Shown here piece by piece: positions 28,883 through 43,350 of a DNA stretch of 64,000 bases (position 1 is its first letter; each line of letters starts with the position of its first letter). The notes below the pieces were generated by a model, which was not told the DNA's origin, ran no database searches, and saw only the letters and a list, made by a program, of their open reading frames with translations. This DNA comes from Chrysomallon squamiferum (Eukaryota > Animalia > Mollusca): contig CM022678.1 in NCBI GenBank assembly GCA_012295275.1, forward strand, positions 6,262,001-6,326,000, in the 5' to 3' direction. Both the position numbers and the translations under genes were made by a program.

Positions 28883-29174
28883 GAGATGATGTTAACGAAA
28901 AATTCCCTTTTCCTATAGAATACCAAATTATATCACACAGGCACGCATCAACTAACAACATTTCATAGTGAATGTGGCTTTAGCTACAAAAATGTCTGTC
29001 TAGACCCTGCCCGCCCCCGCCCGCCTATGTTTTAACATTGTTTCCTCTCAGCCAAAAAAACAATGCAATTACAACAATCAGCACCTGTTAGCTAACAGCA
29101 AGGATAATTAGAGAGCAGTCTGGCAGTAACAGGAGTTAAATGTAAACAACCAGGAAACTGCATAAGTGGGTTAG

Positions 29175-29555
<381 letters not shown>

Positions 29556-29795
29556 GAGAAAATAAGAAAGAGAAATAATCTAATTTTGATATGTAGTAGT
29601 GAAAAGAATTATGAACACCAAACAGACAGACAGACAGACAAACAGCAACAGATAAATAATAAGAGTGTGGGGGAGTGTATATGAGAGATTCAGTCAGAAA
29701 TATATATTAATAAGGATGGAGATGCCAGAAATACATAGAAAGAGATAAAAAAATAATGAATGAAAGAATGAGAAAAAGAAAAGGAGAGATACATA

Positions 29796-29914
29796 CAGAC
29801 TGAGAAAAGGGGCGAGAGAATGAGAGAAAGGAGTAAGAGAAATAAATAAGAAGAAAAGAAGAACAAGAACAAATATAAGATAGAGATAAAATGAACAGAC
29901 ACACAAACACTAAA
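29796..29914 (-). repeat. Right arm of long-range inverted repeat (partner 18687-18804)
   Basis: See partner entry. Confidence 0.85.
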
Positions 29915-29930
29915 TGAAATAATAATAATG

Positions 29931-29982
<52 letters not shown>

Positions 29983-30784
29983 TTTGAACTTTTTTTTTTA
30001 AATTAAAAATTAAAAAAAAGAAAGAAACAAAAATGAGATTAAAAACAGTTACATTGAAATACAAAACAAACAGAAACAGAAAGTAGAAAAAAAAACAGAG
30101 AGGAAGAAAGATTTGAACCAGCAGTCTACCACACCCAGACAAAAACCCCACTAAATCTTTTTAACACTCCACAGAACAGCAAACTAAACACTTTCACCAT
30201 TCACGCCATATAAAAATGTTTACATAACACACACAATGTCACATCCTAATACCAACAAGGGCTACTAAAAAAAAAAAAAAAAAAAAATTTTTTAAAAACC
30301 ACACCAACAACCCAGAGAAACACTTCTAATAAACTTTCACCTTCTAAGATATTAACTTTTTACAACACTCACCACTCACCTGTACCTACTGACAGTCAGG
30401 CTGTTTTTTTTTTTTTCCCTCAGGTCTCAAACGACTTACACCTGGTTGTTAACTCAGGTTGTACTGAAAGCTGGTTCGTGGTCACAGAACAGCGAGGTAC
30501 ATGATTCGCAGCATGTAGTCTGTGGTTAAAAACAAAAGAGTTATCTGTACTTGACTGTGAGGCTTGTTGAACTTGCTCGCACGAAGGTGATAGGTTACCT
30601 GTTAACTGATAAGGTAAATATTGATGTTAGAAGGTGAGTGTGAATGAATGACCTGAACGTATTGTCCCTAGGGTTAAATAAATAAATGTGTGTGTGTGTA
30701 TATATGTATATATATATATTAGACTTCATTCATAAATATGTTTATACGTATGTGTATAGATATATGCATATGTATATGTATATA

Positions 30785-30819
<35 letters not shown>

Positions 30820-30870
30820 CTGCATATATGTATATATGCCTGTGTATATATGTATGTATTTTGCCTGTGT

Positions 30871-30902
<32 letters not shown>

Positions 30903-31126
30903 GTGTGTGTATTATCTATGCATTTTATGTGTGTGTGTTATAATATAAATATATATACACACACACACACACACATTCATAATAATAATAATAGAACAGT
31001 ATGTTTTATCATTCTCTATTTGTGTTGTACAGTTCACAACAAAAATATTAACATTTTGAACTTCATGGTAACATAAATTGTAATTTATATATATATATAT
31101 TTCATTAAATCATATATGTCTGTATG

Positions 31127-31162
<36 letters not shown>

Positions 31163-31619
31163 ATCAGAAAGGGAACTTCTGCATGCATTACACCTTCAAA
31201 TAAAACAGCACACACAACTGCCTTTAATTTAAAACAACAAACAAAAAAAAACAAAAAATTTAAAACAAAAAAACAAATAATGTGCTCATTGAGAAGAAAC
31301 ACTCACATCGAAATTCCTACACCTACACATCTACTTTTTCTTTCTGGGTTACTTTCAACAGTTTTATTTAACAGTAACACAGCACAGCACAGAACAATCT
31401 GCATTTCATTTCACTAGAACGCTGATGGAGGAGGACACACAAACTGTAATCTTGGCAGTTATTTTACTGATTGTAACAAACTGCAGCTATACCACTATCT
31501 AGTGTATTTCATTTTTTTTCATTTTTTTTTGTTGTCAGAATGATCCTCACTGTTTAACAGGTTAGATTGTGGAGTCAGTGCCTATGATGGAGCTATTTTG
31601 ATGAGACGAGTTTCTGGCA

Positions 31620-32370
31620 AGGAACCTTTGCTGATATTTCCAGTTCCAAAAACATGAAGTTTCCAAACAGGGAATATTTGCCAGTATTTATAATTTTATA
31701 TATTAAGTTTTGGTGGGGTTTTTTTAAGATAATTTGTTGATTTTGTAATTTAAAACATGGAAGCTTCTTTGCAGTTAGTATTTATTGATATTTATCATTT
31801 TAAAATATGAAGTTTTTTTTTTTTTTTTTGGCTGGGAATATCTTGTCAGTATTTTATAAAATTTCGAACGATGAATTATCTTAACCAGAAATATTTGTTG
31901 ATTTTTTTAACAAGATAATATTTGTCAACATTTAAAGATTTAAAAGTCTCTCGTATTTTGCCCTCATGCATAATTTTTAAAATATAAAGTACCCTGCTGA
32001 TATTTCTAATTTCAAAAAATGAAGTTTCCAGCAAGGTGGGTTTTTTTTGAAATTTAAAAACTCAATTATCTTAAAACAGAATATTTGTCAATATTTCCAA
32101 TTTTAAAACATGAAGTTTCAAGCAGGGAACATTTTTGTCATTATTTATAAAATTTCAAACTAATGAATATTTTAACAGGAAATATATCGTTGATTTTTTT
32201 TTCTAAATTTAAAACAGGAAGATCTGTCAATATTTAAATGGTTTAAAAGACAAAGTCTCTTGTATTTTGCCCTCATGCATAATTTTAAAATAAAAAAGTA
32301 CCCTGCTGATATTTCCTTCTCTGTGTGTGTGCCTTTGCCCAGCTTTCTAATTTTAAAAGATGAAGACTGT
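31620..32370. repeat. Degenerate ~40-bp tandem repeat with a ~310-bp higher-order duplication
   Basis: tgatattt..aattttaaaacatgaagttt recurring; aaagtctct.gtattttgccctcatgcataatttt..aagtaccctgctgatatttc at ~31943 and ~32252. Confidence 0.75.
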
Positions 32371-32679
32371 TGGAGATAATGGCTGTCAATACAAATTTAA
32401 ACTGATGAGGAGGCCATCAGGGGGGAGGGGAGGGGGGGAGGGAGGAGGGGAGAAGGGGAGGTAACAATAATAAAGTGAGAAATGAAGATCGTGGTTTAGA
32501 AACAGACTTGAAGATAGTGTTGAAGCTGACAGTAATAAATGTGTTTTACAAACAGAACTGAACAGATTTGTATTTATGGTGGGGAAAGTGAGTAAATAAA
32601 TTGTTATGTGTGTGAGGGGTCTGTATGCTTGTTTGCATGTGAGTGTGTGTGTGTGTGTTTGTGTGTGTCTGTGTGTGTG

Positions 32680-32818
32680 TGTGTTATATATGAATATATT
32701 GTTATGTGTGTGGTGAGTATATATACTGGGGTTATTGTTTTTTGTGCGTTTGTGTGTGTGTGCGTGTTATGTATATGTATATATTGTTCTGTGTGTGGTA
32801 AGTATATATGCTGGGGAT

Positions 32819-32854
<36 letters not shown>

Positions 32855-32911
32855 ATGTATATATTGTTATGTGTGTGGTGAGTATATATACTGGGTTATT
32901 GATATTTTGTG

Positions 32912-32947
<36 letters not shown>

Positions 32948-33080
32948 GTATATGTATAAATTGTTATGTGTGTGGTAAGTATATATGCTGGGGATAGTGT
33001 GTGTGCGTGTGTGTGTGTGTGTTATGTATATGTATATATTGTTATGTGTGTGGTGAATATATAAGCTGGGGATATTGTTT
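32680..33080. repeat. TG-rich minisatellite x ~5
   Basis: ttat.tgtatatattgttatgtgtgtggt.agtatata..ctgggg separated by (TG)n. Confidence 0.9.
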
Positions 33081-33254
33081 GTGTGTGTGTTTTGTGTATA
33101 CTAGGTAGCATATAAATAAATAAATTTAAAAAGACAAAATGAAAAAAAACAAAAAAAACTGGACAGCTTATTCAAAAAAATAAATCAGTTGAAGAAAGAA
33201 GAAATAAATAAGTAAATAAAAGGAACAAGAAAGATATACAAAGATAGCAAAATA

Positions 33255-33392
33255 TTTTCATATATAAACAGATTTATCACTGCACTTTAAGATTCTAGTG
33301 TTTGTCTGTGTGTATGTGTGTGTGTGTGTGTTATACATATATATTTTTACATATAGACATCACTGCAGTTTAAGATTCTAGTGTTTGCCTGT

Positions 33393-33424
<32 letters not shown>

Positions 33425-33514
33425 TTTATACATATACATTTTTACATATAGACTTATCACTACAGTTTAAGATTCTAGTGTTTGCCTGTGTGTATGTGTG
33501 TGTGTGTATATATG

Positions 33515-33562
<48 letters not shown>

Positions 33563-33600
33563 ACGTATACATTTTTACGTACAAATAGACTTATCACTAC
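33255..33600. repeat. Tandem repeat x ~4 with (TG)n spacers
   Basis: atagacttatcact.cagtttaagattctagtgtttgcctgtgtgtatg recurring. Confidence 0.9.
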
Positions 33601-33793
33601 TTATTCTACTTATTTGTATCTGTCTCATGCCTGACACTATAATTGAAATTTTAATTTGCTATGTTTACTCTCTCTCACTCACTTATTTGTCTCACCTGTT
33701 TCAGGTGTCGAGAGTAACACGCAGATAAAAACAGCTTGAGAACAGCTCAGTGATTTATTTGAGCAGAATGGTTATTTAAAAACTGTGATGAAT

Positions 33794-33832
33794 GGGCAGC
33801 GTGGCTCAGTGGTTAGAGTACAGGCTTGAGGT
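33794..33832 (+). mobile_element. Isolated tRNA-derived SINE head (A box only)
   Basis: gggcagcgTGGCTCAGTGGttagag matches the Pol III A box. No B box or cloverleaf follows. Confidence 0.45.
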
Positions 33833-34209
33833 ATTTTATTTAACCAATCTAGCTAGTGTTCAGTGACTGGTTTACAAAAAGGTTATAGATATTGCTGTTT
33901 TATGTGAAATCTGAATTTTTAAAAGATTTTTTTTTCGGTTAAGGATTTAGCCTATATAAGAAAGGGGGAATAAAAGTATTTTATTTAACACTGAATTCGA
34001 TATATATATATATATATAGATGAGCTACAATGGTTTAATCATTTTCTGTCTGTTAATATACTTTGTATATAGTTTGATAAAGTAGATAGTTTGGTTAAAG
34101 CATGAAATAATTGAACTAGGGGAGTACCAGGTGCATGAATAGACTGATCAGTCTTGCCTAGGGCTATGTATTAATGAAAGTAACATTAGGTTATTTTCAC
34201 ATGTTTGTC

Positions 34210-34830
34210 AAGGGTGAAGAAGTCAGTTAGTCAACTTGTGTGTTTTATCCTAATCTATGAGTGGTGAAGAAGTTAACAGATAGAGTTATGATCCTAATAC
34301 ATCAGTGGTATAAATGTTAATACAGAAAGTTAAATATAAATCTCTCACTCATGGATAAGTTAAAAGAATGAATTATAATCTTAATCAATGGGTTTAAAAG
34401 ATGTAAAGTTAAATTCCAAATCAACTCCCTGATGAAGAAGTTAAAAGAACAAATTATAATCTTAATCTGTGAGTTTAGAAGATGTTAAAAGAGAAAGTTA
34501 AAAATCCAAATCAAATCCCTGATGAAGAAATTAAAAGAACAAATTATAATCTTAATCTGTGAGTTTAGAAGATGTTAAAAGAGAAAGTTAAAAATCCAAG
34601 TCAAATCCCTGATGAAGAAGTTAAAAGATCAAGTTATAATCTTAATCTGTGAACTTTGAAGATGTTAAAAGAGTAAGATGTTAACAGCTGAAATTATAAT
34701 CCTTAATGCATAAGCAGTGGAAAAAGTTAACAGATTAAACCATAATCCTAATCTATCAATGGTGAAGAGGTTAATAATATCGCGTTATAATCTTAATCCA
34801 TTATTAGATTACATTATAATCTCTAATATG
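34210..34830. repeat. 90-bp tandem repeat (dimer of ~45-bp subunits) with decayed flanks
   Basis: tccctgatgaagaa.ttaaaaga.caa.ttataatcttaatctgtga at 34426, 34516, 34606 (period 90). Confidence 0.9.
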
Positions 34831-35444
34831 CTTTTAGAAATCAAGTTAAGTGTTTTGTACAAACCAGGAACCAGACACAGATTTCATCTTCCCAAATAAA
34901 AAAATTTATTTTATCAATTTAATCTCATTTGCATTTTATTTCTCACCTGTTCCACCTGGCTTGATATATATATATATATAAAACAGTTAAGTGGTTTTAA
35001 ATGCAGTTACCTTTAATGAAGAAACAAGTAGAAAAAAAGAAAAAAAACAGACGAAAAATGTTTTAACCTAGTGGTATCGCTAAGTTTAAACAGTTTGCAA
35101 TAAAATGAAATTAACTGAATTATACAGATTTCATTTAATCCAAAAATTTAGATAAATATTCATTTTAGATTTTACTGTTTGTCTATCAATGTCACAAATG
35201 GATGGAGTTAATGGATGGATGGATGGATGGATGGATGGATGGATGGATGGAATTCTTAAATGTTTTTATTAATTTATCCAGTATCATTTTATTTCCATTA
35301 ATCCTTAAATTAATATAATAAGAAGAAGTAGAATATTTAAAGAATTTTTTTTTAAAGATGTTTACATAATCAACGGAATTAAAATTTAAATTAATTTTAT
35401 TACTCTACTGACATCACCAAGATGTTATTTCACACCAAAAATTT

Positions 35445-35510
35445 TTGCCATAAATCACAAAAAGGTGTCAATCTATGGTTTTTAAACAAAATAAACAAAT
35501 AAACAGATAA

Positions 35511-35544
<34 letters not shown>

Positions 35545-35649
35545 TAAAATGAAGAATAAAGAAGAAAAAAAAAACAAGTAACATCAAATCTCCAAACAAA
35601 TTTCCACTCCATAAAGATAAAGTAAAAGATTAAAAATATTATTAAAAAA

Positions 35650-35692
<43 letters not shown>

Positions 35693-35834
35693 TAGTAAGA
35701 AAGAAAAAAAAAAAAAAAAAAATAAAAATAAAAAAACACCCATAAAAATTATTCTTCCTCCCATAAATCACAAAAGAAAAAACTCACATCAATCTATGAT
35801 TATTAAACGAAATAAATAAATAAACATACAACTT

Positions 35835-35865
<31 letters not shown>

Positions 35866-35925
35866 TAGGAAAGAAGAAAAAAACTAGTAACATAAAACCT
35901 CCAAACACATTTCCACTCCATAAAG
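35445..35925. repeat. ~310-bp spaced duplication
   Basis: ccataaatcacaaaa..tcaatctatg..tttaaatttaaaa..agtaacat.aa.ctccaaaca.atttccactccataaag at ~35449 and ~35761. Confidence 0.85.
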
Positions 35926-36120
35926 TATCAGACTACAAAAAAAAAAAACCTGAGAAAATTAAAATAATAATAATAATAAGACAAAAAAATATCCCATAAA
36001 AATGATCCCCACCCATATTTTCAACAAGATATTTCTTTTCAAAGTGTAAGCTACACAGCTTTAAGTTTTTGTAAAACAAAAAAGAATATTAAGATAAAGT
36101 TCTGTTAATCATGCAGCACA

Positions 36121-36154
<34 letters not shown>

Positions 36155-36766
36155 GAAAGCAAAATGTCATTAAATCATATTTTCTATTTAATTTACACCT
36201 CTTTAATAAAATCCACAAGGATATTTTATTTATTCAACATGTACAAAAGAGCAAAGAACAAGATATAAAAATAATACAAATAAGTGACTTAGAGTTTCAA
36301 AAGAAAAAAAAAAAGAAAATGTGTCATTAAATCATATTTTTAACCTAATAATTCTTCTCTTTCTTTTCAAACCTACATCAATATTGTGTTTGTTCAATAT
36401 AAGCAAAAAAACACACAAAGTTTATAAGATTTAAAAATAATATATAAAAAAAAATTAATTAGTTTACAAAAGAAAAACTGAATTTCGTTAAATATTATTT
36501 TCTGCTTACTATATTTATTTTTAAAAATCCACACGGACAACAGGTTACTTTAATCTGTAAGCTAAAGAGCAAAGTGTGTATGAGATAATGATAATCTATA
36601 AACGTGAATGTCACAGTTAATAGATTTCCCTACATTATGTTTATAAACAGCAACAATCCATAGTATTTTTTTTTTTTTTTTTGTTTTTTTTCTTCGGAAA
36701 ATCAAAAAGATGTTGTTCTTTTGTTGCTGTTGTTGTTAGTGGTTGTTTTTATTTTTTGTTTTGTTG

Positions 36767-36804
<38 letters not shown>

Positions 36805-36836
36805 GGGTGGTTGTTTTTTTGGTGGGGCACAGGACT

Positions 36837-36930
36837 GTTTTTCTATATATTCTTTTTATTTTTTTTTTATTTTTTTTTTTTTTACTGTTGCTCTATGTTT
36901 CATTCATTTATTTATTTATATATTATATAT
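36837..36930 (+). repeat. Left arm of inverted repeat (partner 39704-39797)
   Basis: gtttttctatatattcttttt..ttta.tgttgctct.tgtttcatt.atttattta.ttatatattat matches the reverse complement of the partner. Confidence 0.8.
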
Positions 36931-38161
36931 CAGTGTATTCTTAGTAGCATGCAAAAAAAAAAAATTAATAATAATAATAATAAAAAAATAAATAAATAAA
37001 TAAATAAATAAAATTAAAAATCACAAAATAAAAAAAAAAAAAAATTAAAAATAAGGAAAATAACTATTACATTATGCTTTGCTTTCCAACTGTTTGAAAT
37101 AAAATTTTACACAGACTCACAGTTCATTCAAGTCTGTTAGAAAAATGGCAGCAGTCTGTGTCAGATAGATAGCACTGGGTGCTTAGGTACTTGAAGCTAA
37201 ACCAGACGTACAAATGGATCATTCATAAAATTCCAGAAACATCACAAGCTTGGAAATAACAGAAAAATATGTCAGCAATAAAAAATAATATCAATAATAA
37301 CTATGATGATGATGATGGCTTAGAGAGAAGTAATAACAAATAATAACAACAGCAACTACAACAACAACAAAGTATAAATAGCATAATAACAAAAACAACG
37401 ATGATGATATTGAAAATAACAATAATAACAATAATGATGATGAAGTATCACAACAGAAAAATAATTGCAATATTGCTTGAGCATAGCAGATTTAGCTGGT
37501 CTAGTTATTATTAATAATCATAAAGTTATAAAATCATGAACTAAAAACATATTTCTGAACTAAATATTTCTTCCTTGTCTTTGCTTGCTTTGTCTCACTG
37601 ATTAAGAAAAAAAATACAAAAAATAAAAATAAAAATAAACTGAAAGCCTATTTTCAAACTGATGCACAAAACTTAAACCAAAACAGATCCATACAGATTT
37701 TCACTTCTTATTTTTACCTCAATCTTTCACTGAAACAGTTTGTGTCAGACCAGAATCATTATTCAGTCATTTGATGCACCTAACAAACTACTTTATGAGG
37801 AATATATTAGGTTGTTTATTATTATTTTTATTTTTTTTTCTTCTTTTCCCCTTCCCTGTTTCAAGTGGATCAGGAATGAATACATTTTATGGTTGTGTTT
37901 GTTTTTTCAATGAATGAATCCAATTAAAAAAAAAAAAAAGTAGTAAAAAAAAATATGAATACTTCATCAGCTTATATGTAGAATATTATTATTATTTTTA
38001 TTTTTTTTTGTTAATTATCCCTTTATCAACACAGACTCACAAAGGTCAGAGAATTGTGTTCTTGGTGATTAAAAACTGTAATTCCCCATAATAACTGGAA
38101 TCAGCCATATTAGTGTTAATGTAGCTGTTGTTGTTCTTGTAGCTAATAGGTAGCTGGGTCA

Positions 38162-38210
<49 letters not shown>

Positions 38211-39703
38211 GTGTAGGTACTTTATATGTATGTAAACATAAATGATCTTTCAATCTGGTTGTTTTCATCTTCACTGTAATAACTATATTTTTTTTATCTG
38301 GTAATAACTATATTTTTATTTATTTTTTTTTTTTTTAAATTATTTTTAAATGGATAATATTACTGATGCATATGTTTTATCCCACCACTATAGAATGGAT
38401 CTAATTCTGAATGGGGTTTTCATCCACTGTTAGAATGTATTATCACATTTTATGGCATGCCCCATTTTCAAATAGAATTTGCTGCAAGATTTAATAGTTC
38501 TGGTTACCTCCTACTGCAAATAAATAAAATAATGTTGACGAAAATGTAATCTGTTAAACTAATTTACTAACATTTAACATAACAAGCTGTCTGCAGTCTG
38601 TATTAAACATAAAGCCATTACTTGTGGTCTTGATTTCATAACTCCACCTGCTTCTTACCAAAAATATTAATAAAAACAAAATTTTTAAAAAAAATTGCTT
38701 TTTTATGTATTAAAATTATGTTCAAAAATAATATTTTACAAAAATAAAATGTGCTGCTTTAGCTATTATAATAATACCTAATTTCTGCAACATGTAAAGA
38801 ATTTGATTTCATAACTTTACATATTTCTTAAAAAACAAAAAAACTACAAAAAAACTATCATTTACTACTTCAGTTTATTGACATTAACAAACTGAATGAT
38901 GGCAAAAAATACTTAAGCTATCTTATAATTCCACTTAAACAAACTGAATGATGGCAAGAAAACACCTAAGCCATTTATTTTATAACTATCTCATAACTCC
39001 ACTCACTTCTTAGGAAAAATAAACAAAAGCAAAATATACCCCATTATTTATTAACATTTAAAAAAAAAAAAAAAAACTCATATTTTTTTCAGTATGTATA
39101 AAAGCCATCATAGAAGGAACATTTTTTTAATATTTAAAAATATCAGAATAGATCACTTATCAGGATTTTTTTGATTTTTTTATTTATTTTTTTTTTTTTT
39201 CCCCCTTAAAAATGTATTCCATTAACAGCCATGTTAAAACTGTAGGAATATAATCGTTTCATTTGCTGGCTAAATTACAGATAAAACTGGAAGAATCAGA
39301 TTATCAGTGGTGCAACCTTGTGTGACCCCTTCCCTTTTCTTTGTTTGATCCTTTAACACTGTTTTACCTATATCCAGAATAATTCATCTAGCTGTAATCA
39401 GTTTTACGCCAAAAAAGCTTTCTGACATTTTTATCAGTTTTTTGTTGATATATGCTTCATCACTGTTGAGAGGATCCAATTCATTCTGATTTTTTGCTTG
39501 GAAATGAAATGAGTACATTTTGTAGAATAGTATAGAGTTAGGTTATAATAAGGGAGAGAAATGTGAATAGTCTTGATGTATAGTTGAATGTTTTCAAGGT
39601 GTTTCGAAGACTGATCATAATTAGAATGAAGGTTTTGAAACGAGTAAGGTCATTTGAAGGATTTTACTAATATTAATAAATGGATTTAGGAAAATATTAT
39701 ATA

Positions 39704-39797
39704 ATACATAATATATAATTAAATAAATAAATGAAACACAGAGCAACAATAAAGAAAAAAGAAAAAATAAAGAAAGAAAAAGAATATATAGAAAAAC
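39704..39797 (-). repeat. Right arm of inverted repeat (partner 36837-36930)
   Basis: See partner. The two spurious ORFs (36681+ and 39806-) translate to the same VFLYILF..LLL.VSFIYL.IYY string. Confidence 0.8.
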
Positions 39798-39814
39798 TTT
39801 GTACAATTAAAAAA

Positions 39815-39834
39815 AATTAATAATAATAATAAGA

Positions 39835-39881
<47 letters not shown>

Positions 39882-39919
39882 TGATAATAATAATAATAAT
39901 GATGATGATAATAATAATA

Positions 39920-39950
<31 letters not shown>

Positions 39951-39973
39951 TAATACTGATAATAATAATAATC

Positions 39974-40020
<47 letters not shown>

Positions 40021-40021
40021 T
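39815..40021. repeat. (TAA)n/(TGA)n microsatellite
   Basis: Seen directly. Confidence 0.95.
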
Positions 40022-40613
40022 AGAAAATGCAGACAAGAAACAAAAAAAACAGCATAAACACAACACACACCAGAAAGAATTAACAAATGATGAATAAACA
40101 GAAAAAAAAAAAAAAAAAAAGATGAAAAATACAAAATCAAGAAAATATCATCTCTACAAATGTAAGTCAACATAACTTGCAATTCTACAAAAAGATGTTG
40201 TTTCACATTTCAGTAGCATTAAACACACAACAATTTTTATGTAAATGGTTATTTACGACTTGTGCATTTTTTACTGACTGAATAATAATTATCAGTGCAA
40301 GAAGACTGACGGCCATAATCGTATTCTCAGATCAATAGGGACAACATGTTTACAGAAATATCAGAGAGAGATTAGCATCATGTGAAAAGAAAAGCAAGTC
40401 TGGTGAAATGACAAGTCTCTACGAATCTAATTTATCTCTTTCCCTGAATGTCTCTTTTTTTCCCAAGTGTTGGTCTGATAGATTTGTAAAAGTCATGTAA
40501 AACGAATTTGTGTGTGGACAGATGAAAAACATTAGTGGCTGTTTGACTGAATTTAGAGGTAGGTTCATACGCAGTAACTTGTTGTATCAGTGTAATCAGA
40601 CTTGAATGGTTTT

Positions 40614-40739
40614 ACACTCACACTCACACTCACACTCACACTCACACACACTCACACTCACACTCACACTCACACTCACACTCACACTCACACTCACACT
40701 CACTCTCACTCTCACACTCACACTCACACACACACTCTC

Positions 40740-40777
<38 letters not shown>
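40614..40777. repeat. (CACACT)n followed by (CT)n
   Basis: Seen directly. Confidence 0.95.
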
Positions 40778-40779
<2 letters not shown>

Positions 40780-41624
40780 CATTATATTTGTTTATTTATG
40801 AACATATTTTGTTGTAGATCACTTGCAATCTTATACTCCTTGAAAAAATAAAATATTAGAACTATATGATATCTCTTTATATGGCTATACATTGTAGGTT
40901 TTATTTATTTTTATTATTATTACTATTACTACTACTACATCGTTTTTTTCTCTTCTTTTTTTTTTTTACATAGGTACAAACTGTAATTTTTGACAAAACC
41001 AGAACATGCCTTCCACTTTTATAACTATTTGAACAAAATGAATTTTTTTTAAAAGAATTTTCATTAGAACTGAGTTTATGCAATCAGATTGTTGAAAGAT
41101 TTTTTTTTTTTTTTTTTCTACCTGCTAATATAACAACCTTATTTCTACAAAGCTAGAAAAAACAAAAAAATTATTAAAATTAATTTCTTCCTCTGTGAAG
41201 AAGCCTTTAGATCACTCTGTTTTTGTTTTTCAACATGGTGCCACCTGTTGTACGAAATCGAGCCATGTGGGTTATCTCCACATGAATGGTCAACTTCATT
41301 TACTTGACTCTCAGTTGAAACATTATCAAAATTTAACATGAAAGAAACAGAAAAATTTGCCATTTCAGATTGGAGCAAGAGGTCACCTAGATTTATTTCT
41401 GCCCTGTCAAAACAGAATGATTTGTTTTGTCAACAACTATCAACTTTGTGTTACACTCTACATTATGACTGAAGTTTGGAAGGTTCGGGTAATACAGACA
41501 GACAGACTGGCTAGTGTGTGCTTCTGTGTGATTCTGTGTGATTTTATATGCATGTATGCTTGTCTTTTATATATGTGTAATTGCGTATGCAGACATTGGT
41601 ATGTTTATGTATATATGTTTGTCT

Positions 41625-41656
<32 letters not shown>

Positions 41657-41929
41657 CATACCAGACACTGGTATGTTTATGTACATATATTTGTCCTTTA
41701 TATGTGTATGTGCATACATAGATTTTGGATTTATCTGTGTATGTAGGTGCATGTGTATGTGTGTCTGTCTGTCTGTCTGTCTGTATGTATGTATGTAAAT
41801 ATAAGTATATATGTATGTATGTAAATATGTGTGTGTGTATGTGTGTGTTTGTGTCTGTGAATATATGTATATATACAAGTACATTATGTATGTATACATA
41901 TATGCATGTTGTTTATATACATATATCTC

Positions 41930-42001
41930 TACATGTATGTATTTGGGCATAGATTTATATATATAAATTTATATAAATATATTGTTGGATGAATGCAAAT
42001 A

Positions 42002-42046
<45 letters not shown>

Positions 42047-42151
42047 ATATGTACATGATGTATGTATGTATGTATGCATTTGGGCATAGATTTATATTTA
42101 AATTTATATAAATATATTAATTGTTGGATGAATGCAAATATGTATATGTGC

Positions 42152-42193
<42 letters not shown>

Positions 42194-42280
42194 ATATGTA
42201 CATGATGTATGTATGTATGCATTTGGGCATAGATTTATATTTAAATTTATATAAATATATTAATTGCTGGATGAATGCAC
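41930..42280. repeat. ~140-bp tandem repeat x2.5
   Basis: atttgggcatagatttatat.t.aaatttatataaatatatt..ttg.tggatgaatgca at ~41941, 42078, 42221. Confidence 0.95.
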
Positions 42281-42534
42281 TGACAGGCTGGTAAACTGAA
42301 CAGACAGATGACAGGCAATCACAGTGGATTAGACACACTCAAAACTGTTAATAAGTTTCTGTCTGGTGTCTGTGAAATTCATTAGACATCTTTCATCAAA
42401 ACAGCCTGACCGCACCACGAAATGATGCAAATCGCAAAACGATGACAGTCCATTTGAAATGCTGTCAGCAATGAATGAATGCTCTTATCATGCTGAAACT
42501 ACTTGTGTCTGGAATTCTGACTCTCGAGAAACAG

Positions 42535-43350
42535 AATTCCTGGGAAATACAGAATATATCTCCCATAAACATTCATTCCTGGGTAATACAGAATATATCT
42601 CCCATAAACATTCATTCCTGGGAAATACAGAATATATCTCCCATAAACACATTCCTGGGAAATACAGAATATATCTCCCATAAACACATTCCTGGGTAAT
42701 ACAGAATATATCTCCTATATACACCCATTATTGGGTAATACAGAATATATCTCCTATAAACGCATTCCTGGGTAATACAGAATATATCTCCTATAAACAC
42801 CCATTCTTGGGTAATACAGAGTATATCTCCTATATACACCCATTATTGGGTAATACAGAATATATCTCACACAATCACTAATTCCTGGGACAGATATATA
42901 GAATATATCCAGTAGACATCCATTCCTGACAAATTCAGACTACATCCTATAAACATCCTTGGACCTACAGAATATTTCGTCCACAATCACTAATTTTTAG
43001 AACATATAGAATATATCCTAAAACTCCCATTCCTTGGAAATGCAAACTACATCCCCCATAAACACCCTTTAAATACTTAATATATCTCATGTAAAAACAC
43101 ACTTTCCTCAGACATACAGAATACATCTCCAACAATTACTACTTCTTGGGACATATAGAATATATCCTCTAAACACACATTTCTGTGAAAACACAGAATA
43201 CATCCCACAAACACTGATTCTTGGGAAATATATAATATATAATATATTATATATTTCCCAAGAATCAGTGTTTGTAATACCATAAATACCCATTCCTGGG
43301 ACATACAACATATATAAAATACCCATTCCTGAGAAATAATCCAGCATTTC
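42535..43350. repeat. 37-40 bp minisatellite, 9 clean copies then progressively decayed copies
   Basis: ttcctggg(a/t)aatacagaatatatctcc(c/t)ataaaca units, clean to ~42870, recognisable to ~43350. Confidence 0.95.

Noticed and set aside
33794-33870. tRNA gene
   Set aside because: Only an A-box/D-arm-like start; no B box, T arm or acceptor stem.
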